Origin: the human T2T-CHM13v2.0 reference genome, Homo sapiens | Direction: 5' to 3' (one strand) | Assembly (NCBI RefSeq): GCF_009914755.1 | Contig: NC_060935.1 | Length of the DNA: 64,000 bases | Shown here: in pieces, positions 39,711-55,020 of the stretch | Position numbering within the stretch: the stretch's first letter is position 1 | How the letters are laid out: each line of letters starts with the position of its first letter | Program-made: the position numbers and the translations under genes | The notes under the pieces: generated by a model | Told to the model about the DNA's origin: nothing | Database searches by the model: none | Seen by the model: only the letters and a program-made list of their open reading frames with translations

Positions 39711-39711
39711 A
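39620..39711. repeat. Interrupted (TA)n repeat with perfect 36-bp palindrome
   Basis: ttgca(ta)13tgcaa at 39676-39711. Confidence 0.95.
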
Positions 39712-40669
39712 GCAACGAAAAAGCAAGAAGACATAAGAAAATTAGTGGCTCATTCTAGGAAGTTGAACATATAAGTGATGGACATTCCAAGTCAAGAAAA
39801 CAGGAAAATATTAAGAAGAAAACCATTAAAGAAATCAAGAAAATTTTCCAGAGTTTCCAGACAAAAAGGGCCCATTTAGGGCTCAGCACTGTGCATTAAA
39901 ATATCACTAAGTCACATTACACAGACATTTTAGATAACTGGGGAAAAAAGAAATATTCTTATAACTTTCCAGAGAGGAAGAAAAGAAAGCTGTCTACAAG
40001 CGATTAGGAGTCAGAATGGATTCAGATATCAGCTTGCACTGGAAGCTGGAACATAAAGAAGAAATATCTTCAAAATTCTGACGAAAATTGTATTTCTGAA
40101 ATACAATTTTATCCAACCAAAACTATTAATTAAATGTGAATGAAAGTAGAGTAGAGGCATTTTTCAGAGAAGAAAAGCCTCCAAAAATTTAGCTTCTGTG
40201 CATCCTTTCTTAGGGAGCTATTAAAGGATATGTTTAAAAACAACAATAACAAAATTGGAAAAAAATATAAACAAAACTTTTACTTGAATAATCAATTTCT
40301 ATATTTATAAAAATGTCCCTTCATCATCTTTATCAACTTGACCTCTTGCCATGTGGCATTAGCATCCCCTTTTTCATTCTGACCTTCTACAAGCCATGTT
40401 CATTCATTGCATTTATTCCAGCCATGTTCCATGGGCCTCACTAAATAGTCATTGAGGCTTGTCACAACTCCAGTTTATTGTTTTATGAGACTTTGCATCA
40501 TCTGGCAAAATAACACTTTTAACCTCAGTCTGCTACATGTATCTACACAAGTTAAATACAGAATCAGTTATTTATGAAGATATATAAAAGAGATTGGTTC
40601 AGAGTTTCGATGGTGGACAGAGATTCTTTCCTTTTCATAGTCAATGGAGATTTACCATAGAAATTTACT

Positions 40670-41130
40670 TATTCAATTTACTCATTCTCATAGCACTTAC
40701 TAACCTCTATGTGTCAATCAATTTCAAAGGCACCTGGAGTGTGAACGTAGATGATATAGGTATATGACATGAAGAGTTCAGAGCATAGAAGCGAGACAGA
40801 GTACACATCAATATTAACATAGTATAGTGTATACAATAAAAAAGTGTATGAGGTTACAGTGGAGAAGCATAAAGGAGAAAAGGATCTTCTCAAATTCAGG
40901 TGTAGAAATCATTAGGAAAGACTTTACAGAGAAACACTTGCAGGGAGTTTGAAGAATGAGCAGCGATTTGCCAGACAAATAAGGAAGAAAACTTTGAGAA
41001 GAAAACTTGCACAAAGGCAGGAAACAAGTTCTTTATTTAGACAATCACAAGGAATTTCACATAGTTCTTGCACACAATTTGTATGTTCATATGATTTGAA
41101 TGGGATTAGGACAAGGAAGAAATGACAATA
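40670..41130 (-). mobile_element. L2 fragment
   Basis: attcaatttactcattc...cacttactaacctctatgtgtca...ggaaagactttacagag...ttgaagaatgagcag. Confidence 0.6.
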
Positions 41131-41430
41131 GATTTGGAGATGTTTATATTGACCCTACATCTGTAAATGTCCTGAAAAACTCATACAAAATGGACAATCC
41201 TTAAACTAAGCCTTAGATAGCTAACGTTTCAATGTAGTTATGTAGTTAAATCATTTATCTAGACCTCCTTTGATGAATCCTAACCTGTACTGATTTCGTT
41301 TATATCCATCAAGTATTCTTAATTATTGGTTCCATTCTCTTTTAACTTGCATAACATCTGTTTCCTTGTTAATTTTTAGCTGTTTGTAACAAAAAATAAA
41401 AATAAAAATAAATAAAAAAATGCTCTTATA

Positions 41431-41701
41431 CAGTTAGACCTCTGTATCTGTGGTTCTGCATTGGCAGATTCAACCAGCCCTGGATCAAAAATATTTAAAA
41501 AATAAATAAAATGAAAATACAACAATAAAAAAAAAACACAGTATAACAACTATATAACTAGCATTTACATTGTATTATGTGTTATAAGTACATCTAGAGA
41601 CGATTTACTACATCACTTTATATAAGAGACTTGAGCATCACAGATTTTAGTATCCATAGGGGTCCTGGCACTGATCCCTAGGAGATATGGAAGGAAGGCC
41701 G
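41431..41701. mobile_element. MER2 TcMar-Tigger DNA transposon
   Basis: ta|cagttagacctctgtatctgtggttctgca...gacttgagcatc...ggaaggccg|ta. Confidence 0.85.
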
Positions 41702-43034
41702 TACTCTCCTGGAACTCCTAGAGTCAAGGTATCTTGGTGATGCTTTTCACCATTGCATGTTTAAGCTAGGGGACTCATCAGTTTTAAGCTTCCACTTTTT
41801 TGATATTAAATCTGACAAAGCAATTGACACTGATCTATATGAAAACCATACATAAATATTTAAAATTACTACTGTGTTTTCATTGCATGGATACCGGTAG
41901 CACACTGGGCCATTCTGAGTGTGAAATTACATTTCCAATTTTACCTACAGGACCAATATTGGTTTAGATAAGTGTTCTTGTTTTTCTATGCATTGCTATT
42001 TTCAAATTTCAAAAATGTATTATGATAACTTGTGAACTTTCCAAAATAAAACAAAATTCAAAAGCTCTCAAATAGTATTACACATAGTTTCAGTGCCAAA
42101 GCTGATATCTAAACAATTTTTTTCAGTGGAAATATCTTTAATATGATTAATCAAAATGACTGTCTTGCATTTTTAACAATCCACAGACTAAAGTGTACAT
42201 TAATTGTCTTTTTAAAAGCTAAGTTCACTAAATCAAGAGAGTTTCTAGCTAATTGAAAGCACTCATAAGAATCATGAAATATCATTTGACAATATGCTTT
42301 GATTCCTCACAAAAATAATCTTTTTAAAACAGTATAAAAGATTTTGAAAGATAAAGGTTTTTTACCATTTCTATAATAATGCCCAATGAAGTCATCACCT
42401 CCACTGCTATTTTAAGGAGCCTGTTTTTGTTTCAGGATCTGAAGTCATGGGTGAAATTAGTGTAGTTGCATACTCTTCATTTAGTGAAAGACTAATAAAA
42501 AGTAATTGATTGATGAAGAGTCAAAGCAGCTTTCCCCTCCAGGTTATGTTTATGCTAAAACATTCAATGGAAAAAATACAACTACTCTGTGGTCATATGA
42601 CACCCATGCAAAAAAATTAAACTCAAGTGATTTAAAAATAAATCTTTTTATTTTATCAAAATTGAGTCAAGTTGATTCATATGTGTAGCTATCTTCAGAA
42701 TATAAGAATGCTTATCCTTCATAATGATGCATCTGATTATTGCAATATTAGATCACTTTGTTACCTCCCAAGCTGTATCATAACTTTATATCAAGCAATT
42801 ACCATATGTAGGGTTTAAATTTTGCAAACCTTGTGAATTTATAAATGACAGAGTCATCTATAAAGGCTACATAAAAGGGAACATTTAAAAATTGTCCCAG
42901 CATTTTAAAGATAATTGATTAGTACAATTATTTATATCAGAATTTTGAAATGCTGAATTTTTGAATTTCCATGTTACAAACTTTTATATTACTTTTTATA
43001 ACTATACACTTTTTAAAAGGATTTATTGTAGACT

Positions 43035-43280
43035 GAACAATATATTGGATAAGAAAATAGTCTCTGGAGCCACCTGCCTGGTTTTGAATGCTGGCTCTAA
43101 CACTTTCTAGCTGTTTGACCTTGAACAAAGTATTTAACTTTGCTTTGCTTCAGTTTCTTCATTTGTAGAAAAATGGTTGTAATAGTCATATTTGCTGTAC
43201 AGTGTTGTTCTGAAAATTGAGTGAATGCTTGTAAAGCACCTAGGACAATTACTAACACATAGTAAACACTATAGTAGTGC
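43035..43280 (+). mobile_element. MIR, near full length
   Basis: ctctggagccacctgcctgg...gctgtttgaccttgaacaa...cagtttcttcatttgta. Confidence 0.85.
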
Positions 43281-43630
43281 TTTCCTTAACATAAATAAAT
43301 GAATAAATTTTCAGTAAAAAAAATTCTCACAATATTAAAAATATAAAGAGGTGATAGCTATGAGGCACAAATCAAAAAAATCTCACTACCAAGAAATAAT
43401 CCTTGCTAATATTTTATGGATATTATTTCAGTATTTTCTCTTTGAATATACTTAAAAAGAATAATAGATCAATACTTAGAAATGAAAATAATTTTATGAC
43501 ATTATTTTACATGCTTTTTAAAACTTAAAAAGCATTATATTTTATTTAACTTGAATTTAACAAATGAAAAGAAAGCAAAAGTGGACTTGAGGGAGTTGGT
43601 GAATGTCATATAAATGTTTCTTCGCCATGA

Positions 43631-44020
<390 letters not shown>

Positions 44021-46289
44021 GACTCTTTGTTCTTCTTAAACTCATGTTTTGAACTCTCTGCTGTGAAATGTGAGGTGGTACATTCTTATACATTCTTGTA
44101 CCTCTTCTCTCACCAATACTTTAGTCTTGCCTTTTAGTAACATAACTGGAATTTATCTTGAAATTGACTAATACACCTTTGACTGGTGCATTCTGTTATC
44201 TTATGTTTTGCAACTTCAGTTCTCCCTTGTTTCAATGGCCATCTCTGATCACTTTTCCTGAAAGATGTGTTAGCAATTCTCTGTTTAAAATATAATGATT
44301 ATCTTCATGCTGAGTCATCCCTCAGTTTGTCTATTCTAGCCCTCAGTCTGCTCTAGCAATTTTAATCATTTTAATTTATTTCCCTTTTTCTTCTGAAATC
44401 ACTGAGATTACTTTAACTTATTTTCCACATCATTTATTTGATTTTTGTAAGCGTCTATTTTTTCCTGTTTGTAACTTATGTAATATATAATGTGTGTTTT
44501 ATTCTCAACATATTTCCTGAGACTTCTCTTGCTTGAGTTATCTTTTCTTCCAGATTGGTTCTTCATTTCTTTTTTTGATCAAAATTTTATTTTAATTTAT
44601 TAATTATTTTTGCTATGCTCTGTATGTAATTGCCATGCCATTTATTTTCATCTTGTCCTTAATCTAGCAGCTCTGACTCTAGAATATCTGTTTGCTCTGA
44701 TAAGACTATAGGTAAATTCTCCTTGACACAGTTCCCATCTTAGGTGTAACAAGTTTATCATCCTCCTTTTGAGCTGCAGGAGCAAGAGCTGGATGTTGCT
44801 TTCAAGACACTGTTCTGGAGTGTGAGGGTTCATGAGTGAGGAGACCAAGTGGTAGATTGATGCTAGAGATCCAGTATCTGCTCTCTCTTCTGAGCTCCTA
44901 TTATATGTCTCTCCACCCAGTGCTTCCTGAGTGTGTCCAACTTGGAACAGGTCCTAACAGCTGCCAAGTCCTAGTTAACATTCCTTTTACTATTAAGACT
45001 CTCCCCTGACAGGTAAGGTCTTCTCGTTTTCAGGGGACTGCTTTATTTATTTAGAGTTTTTTTTTTTAAATTTCCTGCAAATTAAAGGGCATTCATTAGA
45101 ATTCACAGAATTTTATCAATTAAATTTTTCATTTAGCACTGTTTCTGGAAGTGGGAGTGACAGTGTTGAAATATGGCATGACCCAGTTTTATTATTTCCT
45201 CTTATGGCCATAATTGTAAGCTTTTGCCATAAGATTTCTTTCCTTTCTTGGTTTAGTTGCTATACATATTTTTTAAACTGTATATATGTTTCAATCAAGG
45301 GAAGTTCTGTAATCCTAACTTATTTTTGTAATCCTAATCCTACTTCTTTTAGTCCCATTTCTTTTTCATTTAATTATTTCTTAATTTCTTTTTTTTTAAT
45401 TTGGCCCTGCTCTAATATAGCCTGGAACCTGACCTATTTGAAATGAAATTTGTAACTAGACTTCATAAGTCCTGAATCTAATGATTTATGATGATACAAG
45501 GATACTGCTTTTAGCCAAAAATACAAACAACCTTGAACCTGAAACACTTGTGAATTCCTAGCAACACTTCCGTGACAACCTTATAATAATCTGTTACAAT
45601 ACTGCCTGATCATGGGGGTACTGGGCTGCTGAGGTGTCCGTGAGAGATTTTTTTTTTCCAGCAAGACAATTTTTATCATCACTACATGCTTTGCAGTATA
45701 CTAAGTGCCACTTCAACTCCAATGATTTTAAACACTGGCAAAGATAACTTTTGGAAAACAATTCTGGATTTTGATTACATACTTTTAGTGATTAGACTTC
45801 CAGAAAAGTAACAGAGTGTTATAACAGAGAAGTTAGCTTGTTGTGTTGTTTTTGTCAGATAGACCTGGATTTGAATCTTGGATCTATTAGCTGTACAATC
45901 CTTTGTATATTATTTAATCTCCATTTTTAATATGACGTAAACAACATAATGATATTTATAAGAATTAGGTGAAATTAATTGCATACCATACTTAAAACAT
46001 TGCAGGTGCCCAATAAACATTATCTAATGGTTTGTTTATCACTCTTTAGGACTGACGATTTTCTGTCAATTCTACTATGATATTATAGAGAAATTCAGGG
46101 GTTGATGTTTTCTCTCTCATCTGTTTTTGGCTGTTTTGTAATAGACATCCTGGAATAGGTGAGAACAAACATTCTAGATTTGACCTATTCTTCTGTCTAA
46201 TCACCTTGCAGTCACAGGCATTCTCAGGACCAAAGTTGCCAGTTGCAGTTTGATGTACTCTCCATATCAGCTCTTGCTCTTAAAGGAGT

Positions 46290-46535
46290 AGCTAAGAGTA
46301 TAATAGTTAAGGACCCAAACTCTGGAATCAGATCTCATGAGTTTCAACATAGGTCCCACCTCTTTGTACTTTGATCAAGTTACTTCTGCATTCTGTACCC
46401 CAAATTTTTCATCTATACAATGTAGAGAGTAATAGTTATTAACTGACATGGTTTTTAAGGGTACTAAATGAGCCAATCCATGTGAAGGGCTTAGAATAAC
46501 ATGTGGCATAAGGACACATTCAATATGTGTTATGG
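46290..46535 (+). mobile_element. MIR
   Basis: tagttaaggacccaaactctggaatcaga...caagttactt...ttttcatctatacaatg...gggcttagaata. Confidence 0.75.
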
Positions 46536-46817
46536 TCTCTTACTAAAGGCATACCGATGTTAAGACTTAGTTCAATGCTTTCCTCTTAAAATTTCCTTGA
46601 CTATCCATTTCTATAGGTAGAATTAACTGCTCTCTCTTTTGTAGCCCCATTTAAGAGAGCATCTGCTGCTATGATAACATAGTTCACATTTTATGACACT
46701 TTGAAAATTGCCTGCTTTTTCCTTCTATATAACTGCATATCCTAGAGAGCAAATATCACACATTCATTGGTGGATCTTCAACGTTTGACCGTCGAGTATC
46801 CACTAGGTGCTTACTAA

Positions 46818-47070
46818 GAGCTGTGTAGTGCTTAAGAGTGAGACTGTGGAGTCAGACTGTGTTGGTTTAAATACAGGTATCGCTTCCTACTGACCATGTG
46901 ATTATAGCCAAAATATTTAATCTGCCTGTGTCTCAGTCTCCCATTTGATAAAATAAGAATAATTATGTATCTGCATCACAGGGTTGTTATAAAAATGAAA
47001 TTAATACATACACATACAGTGATTAGAACAGGATATGGTCTATGATGAGCACTCAATAAATACTAGTTTT
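46818..47070 (+). mobile_element. MIR
   Basis: gtagtgcttaagagtg..tggagtcagactg...tctcagtctcccatttg...gcactcaataaat. Confidence 0.8.
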
Positions 47071-47836
47071 TAAAACGATGCTGTAAAATTGAATCAAAAA
47101 AGAAAAATAATAAACAATGGCATGTTCTTATACACAAATACCAAAAGTTTCAAGCCCTAATGGTGATGGGACTATTAGAAGTGATTTGTTGAAGAACAAG
47201 TAGAGATCTTATATTTAAAAGAAATTCTTTCCAAATCTTTTAGCCCCTCTGAAAAGAAGCAACTCTCTATTGTTTAAAAATTATGTGAATAAAGACAAAT
47301 TAGGTACATGTCTTGATATACTTTCTTCTATGTACTCTCTGAGCACCCTAAAAATGTTAAGGCTTTCGCCTGAATCCTCTACTAGCATTAGGTTCTCCTA
47401 ATATCAAAACTTAAACATTTTCCTAGAGACATTAGTTTCTTCCATTGCATTCTTTACTGACTTCACAGATTGGGCCTTACCCAATGAAGAGACCCACTGG
47501 CTGTTTCAGTTTGTTGAGCTTTAATTTCATGGTCTACTAGGAAGAAGATTCTTTGATGTTATTCCTAGTAGCCAGTGGAACAGGATGAAGCAGGGTGAAC
47601 AGAGCAATAGAGGAAATTTATGTTGACTTGTAATTTCTAATAGCTGGCAGTTTGTGAGTTTGTGGCAAACACTAATAGACAATTCCCTAGTGGAACAACT
47701 TTAATCAAAAAAAAAAAAAAAGTCCGATTTTTTTTCCTCCTTGTCCCTATTCAATATGTATTTATTTCTCCTAGTATCAATGAATCAGAATTGAGAATAT
47801 TGCAAGTTTTAAAATCTAGTAATTTCATATTGCAAA

Positions 47837-48050
47837 TTTCTTTATCTTCTTTCTCTTTCTTTCTTCTCTTTCTTTTCTTTCCTTTCTCTTTCTTTCTCTG
47901 TCTCTTTCTTTCCCTCTCTCCCACCCTCCCTCCCTTCCTTCCTTCCTTCTTTCCTTCGTTCCTTCCTGCCTGCCTGCCTGCCTGCCTTCCTTCCCTCCCT
48001 CCCTCCTTCTCTCCCTCCCTCCCTCCCCCTTGTCTCCCTCTCTCTCTCTG
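47837..48050. repeat. Compound polypyrimidine low-complexity tract (CTTT/CCTT/CCTG/CCCT)
   Basis: Directly visible; includes (CCTG)5. Confidence 0.95.
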
Positions 48051-48057
48051 CATGTTT

Positions 48058-48190
48058 TTAACTGAATGAGCCTATAAAGGTGAGTTATCTTCAGGATATG
48101 GATGATACCATTTATCTCACTGCCCCCAGCACTTAGCATGATATCTGACATAGAATAGACACACTTAGTAAATGCTTATCAATTGAATGT
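48058..48190 (+). mobile_element. L2 3' end
   Basis: ccccagcacttagcatgatatctgacatag...cttagtaaatgctt..aattgaatg. Confidence 0.65.
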
Positions 48191-50568
48191 ATACACTTTT
48201 TCTATAAGAGTATACATTCCTACTTACCTATTATTTATTGAACACTTGACATGTTCCAAGCCAAGTGGTAAGCAATTTCTCTTGTATACCCATTCAGTCA
48301 TCGTTATAACCCTCCCATAAATTGATTGTTAGCTTCTTCTTATAAAAAATAGAAAAATAGACCATATGATTTAAAATAATATCCCCCAGGACACAAGTCA
48401 TAAATGAAAATAGTTATAGAAGCCATGATTTTTTTCATTCTTTCTAGAATACAAAACAACTTCGTCTATGTGTAGAAAAGGTAGGCTCAGTTACATGACT
48501 TAATTACACAGGTGAATAAACAAAAACTGTGAAACATGTGATATACAAAAGTGGTAGAAATCAGCACTGTGTGTATGTGTGTGAGTGTGTGTATGTAGGA
48601 CTGCACGTATACTCACATTTAGGGGAGTGGGTTATGGAAAGTAAAAAACCAAAGCTGAACCAGAGGGAGGGACTAGTTGGCAAATAATGAATGATGATGG
48701 ATATAAAGAATGAAGCTTAATCAAGATCTTAAATTCTAGGCTGAATAGTTCATGTTTTATGAGAAAAAAAAATAGCTCCAGGATGGATTTTTTCAGTAAT
48801 GCATAATTTACCAGAGGAATGTTCTGATTCCGATGCACAGTAGTCTTTTAGATGAAACTTTTTCATTCAGCTACTGCTTGACCTTGGTTTCCTTCTGGTT
48901 CATTGCAGTTGTGCTACTTCTAGCTCGTAGCACTGTGCTGACTTAACTTAGAGGTCTTCCTTCTCTTGCATATCATTATTTTTAGTATTTAGCAAGTTTT
49001 TACATACGTTTGGCTGATATCTACTTGAATTTGCATTTCCAGAGCATAGACATGAGCAATCAGCAGTCCCTAAACCACTGTCTCAGGAACTTGCTATGCA
49101 CACAGCTCAGTGAGCTGGAAGAATTTCCTGGAGGACTAGAAGCATATTGTAAGACCAGCTTTCAGGATTCTTGTGGTTTCTCATGCATTCCTGAGTAAAA
49201 TAGACTGTAAAAAGTTCTCACAAAATACAACCTTGCTTCACGCCTTTAGGGAGGTTATAACCTACTGTAATTACAATTAGCAAACCATACATCATGCCTC
49301 AAATCTAATAAACAGAAAGGCAATTACAGAAACCCAGGGCTTAAAATTAAGGCTCAAGTGTTGTCTCACCAAAACTAATTGTCATCATAGGAGGGATTTT
49401 GAGTCCACAGATAACCTAACTGTTCACCTAAGAAATCCGACCAAGCAAAATCCCTATAAATTTTCTTTTCTGTTGTTACTGTTTAACCAAAGTCCAGATG
49501 AAACTCTAGGATACTATTATAGCTATCCACGATTTAGGCTTTCTGGTCCTATTACTTACCACGTTCCCAGTAATGCTGTATGTAGGTTTTCTTAAGTTCT
49601 GTTCTGTTTTTTGCTTTAATATCGATGCTCATGCTGTCCTGTCTACTGGGAATATTCTTTCTTCTCCTTGTTCTCTCAGATTCAACTCAGTTTGTCATCT
49701 GATATGTCCTCTCCTAACCCAATAGTTGGTTGTCACTGCTATGCTTGTAATGGTCAGATGCTGTAACTATTATTTGTGTGTTTTTCTCCTTTACCAGGTC
49801 TGAGTCTGTATCTTACTCATATTTTTAACACTCAGTACCTAAAACAATCCTGTTTTTAGGCACAGTCTAGGGGCTCACTAATTGTTTTGTTGAGTGATTA
49901 ACTTGAGGCAGTCCCCAGTGCAAAAGGAATGCCAACATAAATATTCAATGAAACATTTCTGTGGGACTTAATGAAGAAAGGAAGCTTTCTGCTCCATCTT
50001 AACCAACTGATCCCAAAGATCCATCAGGGAGACAGCAAGGTATGATGCTTATACAGCAGAACAAGGTCTTTGCAATTTGTGAGTTCCTAGAGAAGAATAG
50101 TATAGACAAAATAGACATAGATAAGGGTCAAATACCCGAAGAATTGGTCAAGACACCAGCATTTATTCTGGAAAATAAGATCTAAGTCTTAAGGACACTG
50201 ATACAACATTTGTGTATGATAACTGTGAAATTCAGGTTCTTGAAAAAACTCAGGGTAAAAGAACCTGCCAGTAGTTAGCTGAGGGACATGGATGCTGAGG
50301 CAGCATATGGATGAAAGGTGGATTCAGCACATTTTTGAGGACAGATATTTTTGAAGGACCAGTGTCCTCACCCTGAAGATTCTATCAGGTTAAAAACTGT
50401 GGCAGTTCTTCAGCCGAAATCTGACAGGGTCAGGGAAGGTAGAATATGCCAAGCTAGGAAGGGAGAATAACTGATTAAAACCAAAATAACATTGTAGGAA
50501 TCTATACTGAGAACTCTAGGGCAATATGAATCCCAAACGCAGACTTTAATACCAGTGTGGTAAGGCTG

Positions 50569-50967
50569 TGATATAGTTTGGATCTGTGCCTCCACCCAAA
50601 TCTCACGTTGAATTGTAATCCTCAATGTTGGAGGCGGGGCCAAATGGGAGGTGATTGGATCTTGGGGGTGAATTTCTCCTGAACGGCTTAGAACCACCCT
50701 CTTGGTGCTGTTCTCGTGACTGTGACTGACTCCTTGTGAGATCTGGCTGTTTAAAACTGATGGCAACCCCACGCTCTCTCTCTCTTGCTCCTGCTTTTGC
50801 CATGTGTACTGCGTGCTCCTGTTTTGCCTTATGCCATAAATAAAACCTCCCTTAGGCCATGCCAGAAGCAGATGCCACCATGCTTCCAGTTTAGCCCACA
50901 GAACCATGAGCCAAGTAAACATCATTTCTTATAATTTCTTATAGCAATGCCTGATTGGACTAATACA
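50569..50967 (+). mobile_element. MSTA-type MaLR solo LTR
   Basis: tgatatagtttggatc...ggactaataca; perfect 5-bp TSD ggctg. Confidence 0.92.
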
Positions 50968-51425
50968 GGCTGTAATGGAGGTAGAATAAGGAAATCCAGA
51001 TTCCAGAAAATATTCTCAGGTGGTAATTTTCTGGGGACCAGCAATATAATTGCTGGACATGTGGAAGTGAGTAGGACTCTGGATAATGCAGGTAATAAAT
51101 ACGGAGAAATACTCGAAGGGATACAACTGGATAGGTTAATTCAATATGTGCTAGAGACTGTGGAGATTGATGAGAAGCTCCTTTCACTGCTGTGTTGTCT
51201 GAAACATGAGGATAATTTGTTTTCGTCTTCCTTGAGTTTCTTAAATGAATGATGAAAAACCCCAACTAGCTTCAGAGCCAGGTGATGAGAGAAGCTTCCA
51301 GCCAAACAACTCTATCATGACATGCAAATTATTTGAGAAGACACTGTGACATAGATGATCTTTTGTGATAAATGTGGGAAGAGACACAACTCTTAAGCTT
51401 GATGCTATAATCAGACATATAATTA

Positions 51426-51683
<258 letters not shown>

Positions 51684-51717
51684 CTAGTTTTGACTTCGTC
51701 CTCACTTGCTTGAATAG

Positions 51718-52098
<381 letters not shown>

Positions 52099-54789
52099 TC
52101 ATGCTCCTAATTTTTTTCACATCTTTTGGGAATCTAAATTTACTCTACTGTCTAAAATCTGATAACAGAATGATTTCTAATTTTTTAAAACATTACTTGT
52201 TAATTAATATAATGTGCTGAGTAAATAAATACTGCTACTTATCACTTCCCTACTTCCTCGGACTAGTGGTTTTAATTTATTCCCCTATGGAAAATGAAAA
52301 AGTCACAAACTAGAGGGAATCTTAGGTAAAATCTTAATTCATTACTGATAGTTTATACTTTGATATGCTCCTAGAAATTCTATGTAGCAAAATTCACAGA
52401 AAAAAACAACACACATAGAAAATGCTTAAAAGGGGGTTTTATCTGGGTTTTTTAAAGCATTTTTAAAAAGCTCTTCCTTCTCCATGGGAAGCACTGAGGC
52501 CCAGATTTGTTTGTTAATTGAGTTCTCCTGGACTGAGCAGCTAGTCAGAAGTCAAAGCCTATGAGACAGCAGGCTCCTGTCTCCAAGTTCTATAACCACA
52601 GAAATAGCCAGGGTCCCTTTATATGGGACTTATATGTTTGAAGTGATAGTGTGAAAGAAATTCCATTCTGCTAAATGAAAGAGTTTGTTTCTTTTGTATA
52701 AATGTTACAATTCCTTTACTGCTCTAAGAATCAGTTGCAGAAAATATATCATTCCCAAGAGCAGAACTATACAAGATAAAATACAGTGAAAAGCTACCTT
52801 TTCTAGGTTACCTGAGCAGCAGATGTGCATCATTGAAGTAGGCTTGATCTTTAGAGCTAAAACCTGAATTTTATAACATTTTTTGATTTCATGTGCCTCA
52901 CTCAGCCACAGAGCATGCAGTATACATTCTGAGATGCATTTCTGTTCCTCTTTTTAAGGCCTTTAGGAAATTGTGGACATGTTAGCTAATTTAGGAATAA
53001 CATTAGTGCTTTTGAAGATAGGTTCAAAGGTCATTAGAAATGCTCGTTGTGTCATTAAATTACTTACATGGAAATATCTAAAAAAAAAAAGTGCCCAAAT
53101 AATCACACATCATGCTGTAATAGGAAACTAGTTGCTAAATTATTTTAATGCTTTTATTATTGTCAGCTCAAAAGCAGCCTTATTGTTATTATATCAATCT
53201 ATATCTGTTCTTAAATGGTTTCATCATATGCCCACCATTTAATGCCCACCATTAAAGGGGCATCAACTAGGTTGTCAGTTTGTTTTATTTGTTAAGCTTT
53301 AATAAATTTTGCAGTACTTTGCATGTTTTATTTTGTTCCTTAGGCCCAAGGAAAACAGGGCAGTGTGGGATTTGGATATTTAATTGATAGCATACAACTG
53401 GGATAGCTACAGGTTTCACATATAATTACACAAAAATATGTTTCATTATGCAAGGAAATTAAGTAAAAATATAGATTTTTATGTATCTGCTGTTGCGAAA
53501 CACAGAATAACCACTCATTCAGTCTTTATACCTGTGCCTTTGGTTATAAAACAATGTGATAAGAATGAAAGTTAACTGGAAAATTGCTTTTTAAGTTTGA
53601 TGAATGGGGAATTTGTTTAGGACACATGCTCTGCTTAATAAAAATCCCCATGAGGCATGTACAGTGATCAATTCTATATCATATTATTTTTTCTCCAAAA
53701 CCCCTCAAACTTGGTCTTGAGTCCCTCAAAGTACTCTTCACTTCTGTGAGTGAACAAGGATTATTGTTTACTCCAAATATGGATAATTTGGGGGATATTT
53801 ATAAATATTTTTCCCTATGGCTTATTTAACTATAATGTCATTTCTCCATGAAAGATTGCTTTAAAATTTAACATATTAGAGCAATAATAAATTATTCAGA
53901 AATGAGTATTACCCTATGTTGCTTGTTTCTTCTAAGTGTTTTAATATTGTAATACTCTGGATTGCCATGGGAATTGTCTTATCACATAAAGGTACTTACT
54001 GCCTGTCCTATTAAAGTACATGTTTAAAAATTCAGTTTGACCTAGGTAGATGTGAATATTTCAGTTATTTCTTTACTGTATCCTGGTTTTGCTGCCTATT
54101 TTTGTGTCTGAAATAATTTCTTATTGTTTCTATTGATTGTTTTTACTATGAAGACCTAAAATAAAAATAATACAGATTTCCACGGGAATGGAATAAATAC
54201 TAATGTTTATGGGAATGAGAAGAATAGAAATTAAAGTCTGTGATATTCATCCTAAAGTCAATTATACAGCAAAACAACAAATTTGATAGCACATTTTACC
54301 AGATTATTTTGAAGGCTTTAACAATTTGAAAACTATTAGGTATTTCCCTGTGTCTATCAGCATACTCATGGTTCATAGATTTTACAGATACACCCCTGCT
54401 GTTTCTGGAAATAACTGTCTACTTCAAAATGTTCTGTAATCCCCTACCAAATGTTTGAATTTAAGAAAAAAACATGGTTACAATAGAACCGGTAGCTACA
54501 TTACAAAGCTAATTTTTCTTCTTCAAGAGAATGGGAACTGTCTGTGGGAAGTTTTGTCAGCCATGTCTTGGTTTTAACAATTATGGGACATAGAAAAAGT
54601 TGATTTACTGTCACCACTCCTAAATTGACGATCCTGCTATTATGCTTCATGTACCCCCGCTTCATGCGTGACCTCCAGACCACCTACTCTAGGAAGCAAC
54701 TCCAAACCCTCTATTTAGCTTGCCCCATGTGCCAACCAAAGAGATTTTAAGTACTTTATTGTTAATGTAATAGTGATATATTAAGTAAT

Positions 54790-55020
54790 AGCCATAATCA
54801 TAATTTATTGAGCAGTCATAATGTGGCAGGCATTGTACCAGTCCCAGTATCATGTATTATTTAATTATCATAAACATTCTGTGAGATGGTTGAATTATTC
54901 TCATTTCTCAAATGAGGAAACTAGGTTCAGAAAAGTAAAGCAGCTGGCCTAGGAACATAAGATAGTGAGCTCCCAGACCTGGGACTCAAATTCAGAATTG
55001 TGTAATTCCAAGTTTATTTT
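54790..55020 (-). mobile_element. MIR
   Basis: atttattgagc...tgtggcaggcattgt...aaatgaggaaactaggttcaga. Confidence 0.8.

Larger units (their letters stand above)
37935..40260 (+). mobile_element. Very old L1/HAL1-type 5'UTR-ORF1 remnant, interrupted
   Basis: ORF1-like A-rich motifs (gaaaattttccagag, gattaggagtcagaatgg, tcttcaaaattctga, tttcttagggagcta). Confidence 0.5.

Noticed and set aside
50410-50925. Longest ORF in the track (171 aa, minus strand)
   Set aside because: It lies mostly in the antisense of the MSTA LTR and has no recognisable protein features.
49900-51420. Possible CR1/L3 or other ancient coding remnant around the MSTA
   Set aside because: The resemblance is too weak to call without an HMM search.
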